Shown here: piece after piece, positions 45,492 through 56,386 of the stretch
Numbering within the stretch: the first letter of the stretch is position 1
How the letters are laid out: each line of letters opens with the position of its first letter
Assembly (NCBI GenBank): GCA_963698105.1
Contig: CAVOPN010000015.1
Coordinates: forward strand, 154,692-218,691
DNA: 64,000 nt
Direction: 5' to 3'
Source of the DNA: Bryobacterales bacterium
GTDB taxonomy: Bacteria > Acidobacteriota > Terriglobia > Bryobacterales > Bryobacteraceae
The notes under the pieces: generated by a model
What the model was told of the DNA's origin: nothing
Databases searched by the model: none
What the model saw: the letters and a program-made list of their open reading frames with translations, nothing else
Made by a program: the position numbers and the translations under genes

Positions 45492-45902
45492 CTAGGTGAT
45501 CGGGTCTTCCTTTTCGGCCTGGACGAATTGCAGGATGTCGAAGTGTTTGATTTCGCGGTCCGGGAAGAAGCTGTTCACGGCGTCCTGTTCGTCGGCGAAG
45601 ACTTCAAAGATGGTGTGCAGCTTGGTGAGCAGCAGCAATTCGACGTTGCGCTTGTTGGGATTCACCAGCTTCAACGCTCCGCCGGCCTTCTTCAGAGACG
45701 TGAAGCAGATGACCAGTGCTCCCAGGCCTGTCGAGTCGATGTATTCGACGTTTTCCAGGTTCAGCAGGACCTTTACGTTTCCGGCGGCGGCGACCGCGGT
45801 GCATTGTTCGCGGACCGCGCTTGCCTCTCCCACGGTGAGACGGCCCTTCAGCGACAGGATGACCACGCCTTCGCGCGCGCTTTCACGAATATCGAGACTC
45901 AT
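45492..45902 (-). CDS. STAS-domain anti-sigma-factor antagonist (SpoIIAA/RsbV-like)
   Basis: LKGRLTVGEA...LNLENVEYIDSTGLGALV, carrying the phosphorylatable Ser of the DSTG motif. Confidence 0.85.
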   Translation of the reverse strand: MSLDIRESAREGVVILSLKGRLTVGEASAVREQCTAVAAAGNVKVLLNLENVEYIDSTGLGALVICFTSLKKAGGALKLVNPNKRNVELLLLTKLHTIFEVFADEQDAVNSFFPDREIKHFDILQFVQAEKEDPIT

Positions 45903-47418
45903 TAGAAGCTAGTGTACCGGACTCGGGCGGTGCAATTTCCGCAGGCTCTGGCCCCGAGGGCAGCAGCACGGTGAACCGGGTGCCGACGCCCGAATTACTG
46001 GCGACGTCGATGCGCCCTCCGTGGGCTTCGACGATCCAGGCGACGAAGCTGAGGCCGAGGCCGAGTCCTTGGATCGAGTTGGTCTGCGCGTTGCGGACGC
46101 GATAGAAGCGGTCGAAAATATGCGGCAGATTTTCGGCGGGAATGCCGACCCCGGTGTCCTCGACCGAGATTTTGGTCCAGCCGGATTCGCGGGCCGGCCC
46201 CACGAAAACACAGACGGAGCCGCCTTTGGGCGTGTACTTCACGGCGTTCGAGAGCAAGTTCGAGAGCAGGCGCTCGATCTGGGTGTGATCGGCTTCGACG
46301 GGCGCGCAGGGTTCGATGGACGCCGTGAGTTTCACGTCTTTCTCCTCGGCGGGAATCTGGAACTGATCGACGAGGTCGGTGACCACTTCGGCAAGGTTGA
46401 GAGGCGCTTTTTGTAGCACCACCTGCCCGGATTCGGCCTGCGACAGCAGCAACAAGGCGCGCACGATGCTCGAAAGTTTCTCGATATCCTCCATCGCGTT
46501 GATGATCGATTCGCGATACTGCTCGGGCGTCTCGGCGGTAAAGAGCGCGACTTCAAGCTGGCCTCGAATGGCGGTGATGGGGGTACGCAGCTCATGCGAA
46601 ACGTCGGTCGAGAAGCGCCGGATCTGTTCGAAGGATTGATGCAGGCGCTCGGTCATCTGATTGAAGCTGTCGATGAGGTGATCGAGCTCATCGCCCGCGC
46701 CGCGTAGAGGGATCTGCATAGTGAGCGTGGATCCCGTCACGTTCTGGGCGGCCTGCGCCACGGAATTTACGGGTCGGATGGCGATCCCGGCGAGCCACCA
46801 TCCGAAAAAGCTGGCGAGCACCAGCATGGCGGGCGCGAGCAGAAGATAAGTTCGGGTGAAACTTTCGACGGTGCGGTACGGTACGGCGAGCGAGCGCCCG
46901 ATGGCGAGAAAATATTTATGCTTGTGATCGTCCTGCGTCCAGCCGGCGCGGATCATGTACGGGACGCCGTCCGCGTCCTTCTGAACGAAGTACTCTTTGG
47001 GCCGCGTTTGCTGTTGGAGAACGTTCTGGATGGTGGCGCGCGTTTCCGGCGTATCAATTCCGATGGATTCGTAAATAGTCGAATTTTCAAGCACGTTTCC
47101 GTCGGCGTCGGTGAGCAGGTAGACGTGGCGGAGGCGTTCGACAGTGTAGGCTTCATCGGGGTCGGTGCGATCGTAGACCCACTCCGGACGTTGATTCACG
47201 AAATGGAGATAGCCGACCGTTGCGCCCCAGTCGGCTTCAACGGTGGTCTTGACGTCGGCTTCGGCCTCTTCTTTTAAATGACGCCAGAAGAAGAATCCGA
47301 TGGCGGCGAGGAGAATGGCGAAGAAGGCGACGTAGCTCAGCGCGAGCCGAAAGCGGAGGCCGCGCACGAATCCTACGCGTAGCTGGCGGACTCCGAAGAC
47401 TCGCGTGAATCTTGCCAT
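45883..47418 (-). CDS. sensor histidine kinase (two TM helices, HAMP, HisKA, HATPase_c; CusS/BaeS-like)
   Basis: H-box FSTDVSHELRTPITAI, N-box LLSNAVKYT, G-boxes DTGVGI and GLGLGLS. Confidence 0.85.
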   Translation of the reverse strand: MARFTRVFGVRQLRVGFVRGLRFRLALSYVAFFAILLAAIGFFFWRHLKEEAEADVKTTVEADWGATVGYLHFVNQRPEWVYDRTDPDEAYTVERLRHVYLLTDADGNVLENSTIYESIGIDTPETRATIQNVLQQQTRPKEYFVQKDADGVPYMIRAGWTQDDHKHKYFLAIGRSLAVPYRTVESFTRTYLLLAPAMLVLASFFGWWLAGIAIRPVNSVAQAAQNVTGSTLTMQIPLRGAGDELDHLIDSFNQMTERLHQSFEQIRRFSTDVSHELRTPITAIRGQLEVALFTAETPEQYRESIINAMEDIEKLSSIVRALLLLSQAESGQVVLQKAPLNLAEVVTDLVDQFQIPAEEKDVKLTASIEPCAPVEADHTQIERLLSNLLSNAVKYTPKGGSVCVFVGPARESGWTKISVEDTGVGIPAENLPHIFDRFYRVRNAQTNSIQGLGLGLSFVAWIVEAHGGRIDVASNSGVGTRFTVLLPSGPEPAEIAPPESGTLASNESRYS

Positions 47419-47451
47419 ATTCTATATTGGCAGGGCATGGCCCCGCGCCAC

Positions 47452-47651
47452 AATGGGGACTGCCTCGGCGCACCGATCATAGGCGATGGCGATGAAAAGT
47501 GCGAAAAATGGGGACTGCCTACTCTGTCCCAAGGCGCCCGTGGACAGAGCGGGCTGTCCCCACTTTTCGCCCCGGCCACTCGGCCCCTGATGTTTTCGAG
47601 AGTTTCGACGTTCCATTTCCCTTTCAAGAACCGCGACCATCGGGAGCGGTC
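47452..47651. repeat. composite intergenic repeat (family B, copy 2, inverted relative to copy 1), ending with a family C unit
   Basis: Reverse complement of the 22917-23115 blocks. Contains an internal duplication of aatggggactgcct (47452 and 47507). Confidence 0.65.
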
Positions 47652-47670
47652 CATCGAACGCGCTAAAGTG

Positions 47671-47676
47671 TACACT
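47671..47676 (+). promoter_or_regulatory. -10-like hexamer TACACT 7 nt upstream of the ATG at 47684
   Basis: Read directly: gtgTACACTcgactatATG. Confidence 0.25.
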
Positions 47677-47683
47677 CGACTAT

Positions 47684-48376
47684 ATGAGAATTCTCGTCGT
47701 CGAGGACGAAAAACGCATCGCCGATTTCCTCTCCCGAGGCCTCGAAAGCGGAGGCTATGCCGTCGACGTAGCCAACGACGGCAACACCGCCATCGAGCTG
47801 GTCCACAACACCGAGTACGACCTGATTATTCTGGACCTCGGTCTCCCGGATATGGACGGCTTGAGCGCCCTGCAGAAAATCCGCAACCGCAAAACCAGTC
47901 CCCCCGTGCTGATCCTGAGCGCCCGCGACGCCGTCGACGACCGTGTCAAAGGACTCGAAGGCGGCGCCGACGACTACCTGGTCAAGCCCTTCGCCTTCGT
48001 CGAATTGTTGGCCCGCGTCCGCGTCCTCCTCCGCCGCGGCCAGCCCACTCCCGAACGCCTCCAGGTCGGCGAGCTCTCTCTCGATTGCATCCGCCGTAAA
48101 GTGACCCGCTCCGGTGAAAACGTCGAGCTCGCTCCCAAGGAATTCAGCATCCTCGAATACCTGATGCGCAACCGCGGCCGCCCACTGAGCCGCACCATGA
48201 TCGTCGAGCACGTCTGGGACATGGATTACGACGGGCTCACCAATATCGTCGACGTCTACATCCGCCATCTGCGCAGCAAAATCGACGACAAATGGCCAGA
48301 AAAGATGATCCAAACCGTCCGCGGCATCGGTTACATGCTGGATATCCCCGATAAAGCGGGCGAAATCCCCAGATAG
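47684..48376 (+). CDS. OmpR/PhoB-family response regulator (CusR/CopR-like)
   Basis: MRILVVEDE...DLIILDLGLPDMDG, with a winged-helix C-terminus (LSLDCIRRKVTRSGENVELAPKEFSILEYL...VRGIGY). Confidence 0.9.
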   Translation: MRILVVEDEKRIADFLSRGLESGGYAVDVANDGNTAIELVHNTEYDLIILDLGLPDMDGLSALQKIRNRKTSPPVLILSARDAVDDRVKGLEGGADDYLVKPFAFVELLARVRVLLRRGQPTPERLQVGELSLDCIRRKVTRSGENVELAPKEFSILEYLMRNRGRPLSRTMIVEHVWDMDYDGLTNIVDVYIRHLRSKIDDKWPEKMIQTVRGIGYMLDIPDKAGEIPR

Positions 48377-48488
48377 CGTTTTCAACCACCACCGTTCGGC
48401 CAAAATAACGCCGATCTAACACTGTGAGTTTTTCGCTTGGTGGCCGAAGTGCCTCTAGTTTTCTGCGTCAGAAATCCTGAATGTTACT

Positions 48489-48718
48489 GTGGCGCGCGCC
48501 TCCAGGCGTGCAGCGTCGACATTCGTGTCGACGTTCCCGCCTTTGTTTCCGTGAGCTGGAAAGACACATCGACACGATGCGCCACGCCTACGCGTGAGTG
48601 ACGCGCTACACATGCCTTAAACCAGCGTTAGACAAAGGCGTTTACCGCGTTATTTCGCTACCGGCGCCATGCGGAACGTCGAGAGAAATGTCGACGCTAC
48701 ACGGCCGGTGGCGCGCGC
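48489..48718. repeat. cluster of full and partial family D repeat units
   Basis: Full unit at 48489-48532, truncated unit at 48569-48585, gtcgagagaaatgtcgac hairpin at 48678-48695, and gtggcgcgcgc at 48708-48718. Confidence 0.5.
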
Positions 48719-48726
48719 TACGAGCT

Positions 48727-50960
<2,234 letters not shown>

Positions 50961-50963
50961 CAG

Positions 50964-51094
50964 GTGGCGCGAGCTTTAGCTTTCAGCGTCGACGTTCAGT
51001 CGACGCAAGCGGCATCGGACGCCGGCTACAGCCGTCGCTGCAAGCTGAAGCTCTCGCCACTTGGCTTGAAGAGCCGCGACCAGCGGGAGCGGTC
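50964..51094. repeat. family D unit (50964-51006) followed by a family C unit (51071-51094)
   Basis: gtggcgcgagc...gtcgacgttcagtcgac and gagccgcgaccagcgggagcggtc. Confidence 0.45.
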
Positions 51095-51096
51095 TG

Positions 51097-52371
51097 CTAC
51101 GCCAAAGAGAGCGCGTCGCGATCGCGGTCCATGGAGGCTCTCATACGGGCGCTGTCTTTCGTCACGAAGAAAATCGCGGCGACCAGCAACAGCAGGCACG
51201 CCAGCAGATAAACCGTCGAGGCGGCGGTGATTCCGGCGCTCAATCCGCGGTCCTTGGCGATCCAGCCTATCAATACGGGCGCGGACCCGCCTCCGCCGAG
51301 CCACCCTACGGAGTTTAGGAATCCGGCGGCGGTTCCTCGGGCCTCCGGCCGCACCACGTCGAACAGCGACGCGAAAATGTTCGCATCGTACATCCCTTTG
51401 CAGAATCCCCAGCAGGTGAGCGCGACGATTAATGCTGTTACGGAACGCGTCATGCCGCACCAGGCTACGAAGGGGGCTCCGCAGAGGACGCCCGCGGCTT
51501 GCACCAGGATTCGTCCACGGGGCGTTTTCGAGCGGAGGAAATCGGCTAGCCAGCCGCCGGTGAGCGATCCCAGCACGCTGGCAAGTTGGACGAAGATCGT
51601 GGCCGTTAATCCAGCCACGGCCAAGCCCATGTGGAAGCGGTCGTAGAGGAACTTGGGCATCCAGGTGAGCAGCACGACGGCCACGAAGTTCGAGCACATG
51701 AACGCGCCCATCAGGCAGAACATGGTCGGCGTGCGGACCAATAATTCAAAAAAGCCGGCGAGATTGAGCGAGGCGGCGGGTGTCTGATTTTTCGTCAGGT
51801 CCGCCAGGCCGCGTTTGGGTTCGCGCAGGAAGCGGGTGAGCGCGAAACCGAGCAGAATGCCCAGGCCTCCGAAGACCACGAACGACCATCGCCATCCATA
51901 ATGCTGGCCGATCAGGCCGGCGAAAAAGCCCCCGGCGATGGTTCCCGCATAGACGCTGGTTTGATGGATTCCAATGGCGCGGGAGAGCGTCTCCTTGCCG
52001 TGAAAATCGCTGATCATGGACATCGACGCGGGGTAGTAAAAGGTCTCGCCCAGGCCTTCGGCGGCGCGCAGCAGGAATAGGGAGTTGAAGCCGCGCGATA
52101 ACGCGGTAGACATACAGATCGCGCTCCAGGCATAGAGGCCGCCGAGGATCGCCTTCTTTCGGGAGATACGATCGACGACGAATCCCGCGAAGAAGCCGCT
52201 TAATCCGTAAACCCAGGCGAAGGCGCTGCCCAGCAGGCCGAGCTGCAGCAGGTTCAAGCCCAGCTCTTTTTCGAGCAGAGGGAAAACGGAGTTGATCGCC
52301 TGGCGGTCGGCGTAGTTGAAAAATGAGATGCACCATAGCATCGCTACTACGGCCCAGCGGTAGTTCGTCAT
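51097..52371 (-). CDS. MFS transporter, anion:cation symporter (ACS, hexuronate/galactonate-like) family
   Basis: YRWAVVAMLWCISFFNYADRQAINSVFPLLEKELGL is characteristic of ACS-family MFS proteins. Confidence 0.8.
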   Translation of the reverse strand: MTNYRWAVVAMLWCISFFNYADRQAINSVFPLLEKELGLNLLQLGLLGSAFAWVYGLSGFFAGFVVDRISRKKAILGGLYAWSAICMSTALSRGFNSLFLLRAAEGLGETFYYPASMSMISDFHGKETLSRAIGIHQTSVYAGTIAGGFFAGLIGQHYGWRWSFVVFGGLGILLGFALTRFLREPKRGLADLTKNQTPAASLNLAGFFELLVRTPTMFCLMGAFMCSNFVAVVLLTWMPKFLYDRFHMGLAVAGLTATIFVQLASVLGSLTGGWLADFLRSKTPRGRILVQAAGVLCGAPFVAWCGMTRSVTALIVALTCWGFCKGMYDANIFASLFDVVRPEARGTAAGFLNSVGWLGGGGSAPVLIGWIAKDRGLSAGITAASTVYLLACLLLLVAAIFFVTKDSARMRASMDRDRDALSLA

Positions 52372-52453
52372 TTATAGAGCAGCCACATTAATGGACTGAA
52401 TGCTTCCAAGTTTCGCTCAAATGCCATCCAGAGCGCTTCCTAAAATCCGTTCT

Positions 52454-54859
52454 TTACCGAGCCGCGACCGCAGGGAGTCGATCCTGCTCCACCTTGATTA
52501 ACCACACCTCGGAAACTTGCGTGCCGCGTCCGTTGCCGCCCAGGCCAGAGGGCTTGGTCCACTCTAGCGTCAGCACTCCGGTCGATGTCGCCTGCCGCGG
52601 GATGTCGAACTCCGCTTGCTCACCCACTGGCCCCTTGGCCCGGAAAGGATGCACTTCCACGGAATTCGCCGTCAAGCGCAATGGAATATTCCGGGCGTCG
52701 CCGCCGTAGGAAATCCGGATTTTGTATCGCGCCTTCGGGTCCAGGTCCGTGTAGCGCATGCGCAAGGGGCGATCGCCGATAATCTCCGCGTCGGCTGCCC
52801 AGGTGGTCCGGGCGCCTCTTTGCATCGAGCTGCCAAAAGAAGTCAGCGGCGATTTTAGAAAATCGGGGTCCTGGGCGTAGGATTCGCCCATCACCAGATG
52901 AGGACGCTGGTTGACAAAACCTAACGCGTCATAGAAACCGCCGGGGCCGGGGTCGGTCCAATGCAGCAGGTTATCGATTCTCGCGATGCGGTCCGCCTCC
53001 TCGGGCAGCGCGCGAATCTCCTGAAACTTATTCTCCAGCCAGATGCGATTGTTCAGCGCGAAATCGATGCTGTCGAGGCTGGCGCCGCGATCGATAGAAA
53101 TTGCCTTGTACCGGTCCACGCTCAGCTGCATGTGGATACTTTGGAACAGCGCTTCGGCGAGCTCGAACCCACGCGCCCGATAGTTGCGCGCGTCTTCGGT
53201 ACGCAGGTCGGCGTCCAGAATCGCCTCGGCGGCTTCCATGGCTTTCAACGAACCGGCGGAGGTCAAGGGATACGTCCGCCTGGCTTTCGCAAGCTCCGCC
53301 ATCGCCATTTCTTCCTGCCGGTTCTCAGACAGCAGGCGGCTGTGCTCGTAGGCGTCGTAATAGGCGCGATAGAGGGCTTCCTGAAATCTCCAGTTCAGTT
53401 TCTGCTGCGGCGTCGCGCGCCTCTCCAGGTCCTGAAACTGCTTGAGCGTTACGTCGACCTGGCGGTTCGATGCCAGGGGTCCGCGCCAGTTTTCCTCCAG
53501 CGCGAAGAGGCCGTTCGCGAAGTCGTCGGCCATATCGTCGCCGATGAAAAACCGGCTGTAATCCCTCAATATGTCTTTGGTCGACGCTTCTGGATTCCAG
53601 CCCAGGCCGCTCCAGATAAATTTGTTGACGTCATCGTTGCAGCCTTCCGAGTAAGTTACAAAGCCGTCGGCGAAAGGTTGATACCGTTTGAAAATCGCCG
53701 TCTCGTCGACGGGTCGCGGATTGATCACCTCGCGTGCTTCCGTGGTGGCGTACGCCAAGTCCCAATCGGGCACCGGAAATTCGGAGTGGATGCTGTGAGT
53801 GATATCCGGATAGAAGCGGATCGGAAACCGCTTGGGCACCAGCGCGCGAAATTCTTCCAGGCTGCCGTATACTTGCGGGCCGAACACTACGCCAGAAAGC
53901 CATTTTGGCTCCTGCGCCATCAGGCCCCAATATTCGTCGCGCCACTCCTTGGTAAATCCCTGGGGGGACATCCACATTTGCGCCTTGGGGTGATACTTGT
54001 GGAGGCTCGCCGTCTGCTTTTCGAGCAGCGCGAACATGTATTTCGGCTGCGTGTGACCGGGATCTCCTCCGGGAACGAAGATCGCGTCGATGCGGGGAAG
54101 CTTGCGGAACACCTCGGCCCATTCCTTCAACGCAAAATCGACCTGCGCTGGATCTGAATAATCTTTTTCCATCGCCGGGTACCAGATGGATACATCGAGG
54201 CCGTATTCATTGGCGATGCGCGACATCTCGACCATCATTTCCAGCTTCGGCAGCGGGAAGTGTGGACTCTCGTCAGCATCGTCGGTGCGCGGAGGTAGCA
54301 GCTCGATGGTATTGTTCCCAAAGATCGCCAGCTCGCGAATATACTGCTCCCACATCGGCACCGACCAGGCGTCATAGGCGTTGGTTTTCGGACGATACCC
54401 CAACTGCTGTCCGCGGATGGCGTACTTCGGACCGGTGGTTATATTCAGGCCGCTTTCAAGATCGAGCCGCTGGCGGGACATATGAAAATGGCGCAGCAAA
54501 GAGCCGGTACCGAAGACTACGCCGCGGTCGTCGGCGCCTCCGACCACGGCCATCCTGTCGGTCGATACCAGCGTGAAACTTTCCGGGTTGGCTGCCGGCA
54601 TCGGCGCGAAGCTCCGAACCGCGGCGGCCAGGCCCAGATAGATCGCCGGCGCTCCGGGCGGTGCGCCGGTTGCGATTTTGAGCCGGAGCTGGGTGCGTTT
54701 TTCAATCTCCTCGACCAGCATCTGGGCGGCTTTTTTTTGAGGAGTGGTGGGGGTGCCGGCCAGTATCACCACTGCGTTCTTGAAATCGGCGGCGAAGACC
54801 GAGGATGTCCAGAGGGCTAGCGCTGCGAGACGGGGCAGCATTGTTTTGCTTGTTTTCAT
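52454..54859 (-). CDS. secreted putative glycoside hydrolase (GH20b/GH67N-like N-domain plus TIM barrel); function uncertain
   Basis: Likely start MKTSKTMLPRLAALALWTSSVFA (ATG at 54859). N-terminal AVVILAGTPTTPQKKAAQMLVEEIEKRT pattern, then a barrel-like core (IRGQQLGYRP...NTIELLPP). Confidence 0.5.
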   Translation of the reverse strand: MKTSKTMLPRLAALALWTSSVFAADFKNAVVILAGTPTTPQKKAAQMLVEEIEKRTQLRLKIATGAPPGAPAIYLGLAAAVRSFAPMPAANPESFTLVSTDRMAVVGGADDRGVVFGTGSLLRHFHMSRQRLDLESGLNITTGPKYAIRGQQLGYRPKTNAYDAWSVPMWEQYIRELAIFGNNTIELLPPRTDDADESPHFPLPKLEMMVEMSRIANEYGLDVSIWYPAMEKDYSDPAQVDFALKEWAEVFRKLPRIDAIFVPGGDPGHTQPKYMFALLEKQTASLHKYHPKAQMWMSPQGFTKEWRDEYWGLMAQEPKWLSGVVFGPQVYGSLEEFRALVPKRFPIRFYPDITHSIHSEFPVPDWDLAYATTEAREVINPRPVDETAIFKRYQPFADGFVTYSEGCNDDVNKFIWSGLGWNPEASTKDILRDYSRFFIGDDMADDFANGLFALEENWRGPLASNRQVDVTLKQFQDLERRATPQQKLNWRFQEALYRAYYDAYEHSRLLSENRQEEMAMAELAKARRTYPLTSAGSLKAMEAAEAILDADLRTEDARNYRARGFELAEALFQSIHMQLSVDRYKAISIDRGASLDSIDFALNNRIWLENKFQEIRALPEEADRIARIDNLLHWTDPGPGGFYDALGFVNQRPHLVMGESYAQDPDFLKSPLTSFGSSMQRGARTTWAADAEIIGDRPLRMRYTDLDPKARYKIRISYGGDARNIPLRLTANSVEVHPFRAKGPVGEQAEFDIPRQATSTGVLTLEWTKPSGLGGNGRGTQVSEVWLIKVEQDRLPAVAAR
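52459..52483. repeat. family C repeat overlapping the last codons and stop of the hydrolase gene
   Basis: gagccgcgaccgcagggagtcgatc, almost the exact reverse complement of 54876-54899. Confidence 0.55.
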
Positions 54860-54875
54860 AAGTTGAAATGTGAGG

Positions 54876-54899
54876 GATCGCTCCCTGTGGTCGCGGCTC
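54876..54899. repeat. family C repeat upstream of the hydrolase gene
   Basis: gatcgctccctgtggtcgcggctc. Confidence 0.55.
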
Positions 54900-54901
54900 A
54901 A

Positions 54902-55132
54902 TTAGGGCTCCCAGATAGCGGCGGAGATTTCTCCGGAGGCGTAGTACACGGTTACGATTTTGCCATCCTCGCGCTGGACTGTTCTTGTATATCCGATCTC
55001 CCACGTGGCTCCACGGTCGAGCACAATATCGGGAGACCACGTTTTCCTATCATCGCTCGAAAATTTCGCGCGGATTTCGAAGGTTCTGACGGAGCGGGAC
55101 GGAGGGACGGCGCGGATCGGGGGCTGATGGGT
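54902..55132 (-). pseudogene. 3' remnant (76 codons) of a BNR/sialidase-like gene
   Basis: Translates ...VRTFEIRAKFSSDDRKTWSPDIVLDRGATWEIGYTRTVQREDGKIVTVYYASGEISAAIWEP-stop. Contains an Asp-box (SSDDRKTW). Has no start codon and is cut off by a stop next to the integrase end. Confidence 0.5.
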
Positions 55133-55139
55133 TCAACAA

Positions 55140-56100
55140 TCACGCGCCCCGCGGGGGCATCCATGTAACGGACTTGTGAATCGTTGTTTGACGCGGCGCG
55201 ATACGCGCCAAGTAACCCCCAAGAGCATAGGCTTCCATCTTCGCTCTGGCGTCATCCAGCGCCTCATCATCGACCATTCCATAACGGGTGTCCATCGAGT
55301 CCGTTTTATGGCCCATGATCGAACGTCGTGTCAGATTGTCGATTCCGGCCTTTCTCATTTGGTGGTGCGCCGACCTTCGCAGGTCGTGAAAGTGCAGGTC
55401 AATCGGCTCGACGCCATCAGCCACCATTTTTTCCTTCAGGGCATCGACCGCATGTTTCCAGTTCGTATCGAAGCGCTTGATCGGTTCGCCTTCTTTGTCA
55501 GTGCGAAGGTCGTACCAAAAGCAGATGAACGGATTTCTTGGGGAATGCACTTCACGTAGTTCCTTCTGGTGACGAAGAACTTTTTTCCATCTCGCCAAAG
55601 AACGGGCACTTCACTGGACCTGTTTTTGTGATCTCAAAGTAAATGCAAGCGCTCATCGAAATCAATCTGATTCCACTTGATGTTGAGAATATCGGCTTTC
55701 CGCCTTCCGATGTGGTACCCAAGCACGAAGGCGCATTTCAGTGCCGGGTGGATCGGATCACGAAAAAATGTGTAGTACGAATCTGGCAAGCGGACTCGTC
55801 TCGTGTTTTGCGTTTCGGGTTTCTTATGGAAATCGCATCCTCCAGGTGGCATGGCGTGAACGGTGCCGAGCTTGATTCCAATTTTGAACGACTGCTGGAC
55901 CTTTGACAGATCACGGTTGATCGTGGTGTCCTGAATCGGCTTCCCGTTCCCGAGCGTGCTTGGCAGGATGATCGTGCCCGGTTCGTTCCTGAACATGGGC
56001 CGGATCGTATCGGGCGACAGCTTCAAGTTTTCGGCGAGTTCTTTAACTGTGAATAGGTTTTCTTGGAGCGGTCCATCTCTGCGTAGGATGCAGTTTGCCG
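55140..56100 (-). pseudogene. int: tyrosine recombinase (phage-type integrase) with two frameshifts and no start codon
   Basis: HTH LFTVKELAENLKLSPDTIRPMF. Core-binding and catalytic Arg region GYHIGRRKADILNIKWNQIDF. Shifted segment YFEITKTGPVKCPFFGEMEK. Then HDLRRSAHH...IMGHKTDSMDTRY (the R-H-R-Y catalytic set). Confidence 0.7.
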
Positions 56101-56134
56101 ACGCAAAAACGAGTGCAGAGCGTTCTTGGCTTAG

Positions 56135-56210
56135 TGCGCTACCCTGTGCGCTACCCGGCTCTTGGAACGTGCCTCAATTGCCCTGATTAGCGCTACCCTT
56201 GCGCTACCCT
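56135..56210. repeat. two tandem pairs of the 9-mer core GCGCTACCC, separated by about 30 nt
   Basis: gtgcgctaccct-gtgcgctacccg (56135-56157) and tagcgctaccct-tgcgctaccct (56188-56210), between the integrase remnant and tRNA-Leu. Confidence 0.5.
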
Positions 56211-56270
56211 AGACGACTTCAGCCACCTTTTGATGGGTGGCTGATTTCTTGTAACTCTTTTATTTTCTTC

Positions 56271-56357
56271 TGGTGCGGATGAAAGGACTTGAACCTTCAC
56301 TCCCTTTCGAGAACCAGAACCTAAATCTGGCGCGTCTGCCAGTTTCGCCACATCCGC
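56271..56357 (-). tRNA. tRNA-Leu (anticodon UAG), 87 nt with encoded CCA
   Basis: Hand-folded cloverleaf. Acceptor GCGGATG/CATCCGC, 3-bp D stem, anticodon stem CCAGA/TCTGG with loop TTTAGGT, long variable arm, T loop TTCAAGT, discriminator A plus CCA. Confidence 0.9.
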
Positions 56358-56386
56358 AGTTGCTTCGATTATAGCGATTCGGATCT

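Noticed and set aside
47437-48099. 220-aa Arg/Pro-rich ORF spanning the family B repeat and the response-regulator gene.
   Set aside because: It is out of frame with a textbook OmpR-family gene and begins inside a repeat element. Its composition is non-protein-like.
54860-56357. Search for an attL/attR direct repeat of the tRNA-Leu 3' end to delimit the island.
   Set aside because: I found no second copy by eye in the intergenic regions I inspected (52372-52453, 54860-55140, 50961-51096), so I make no island boundary claim. A computational search is needed.
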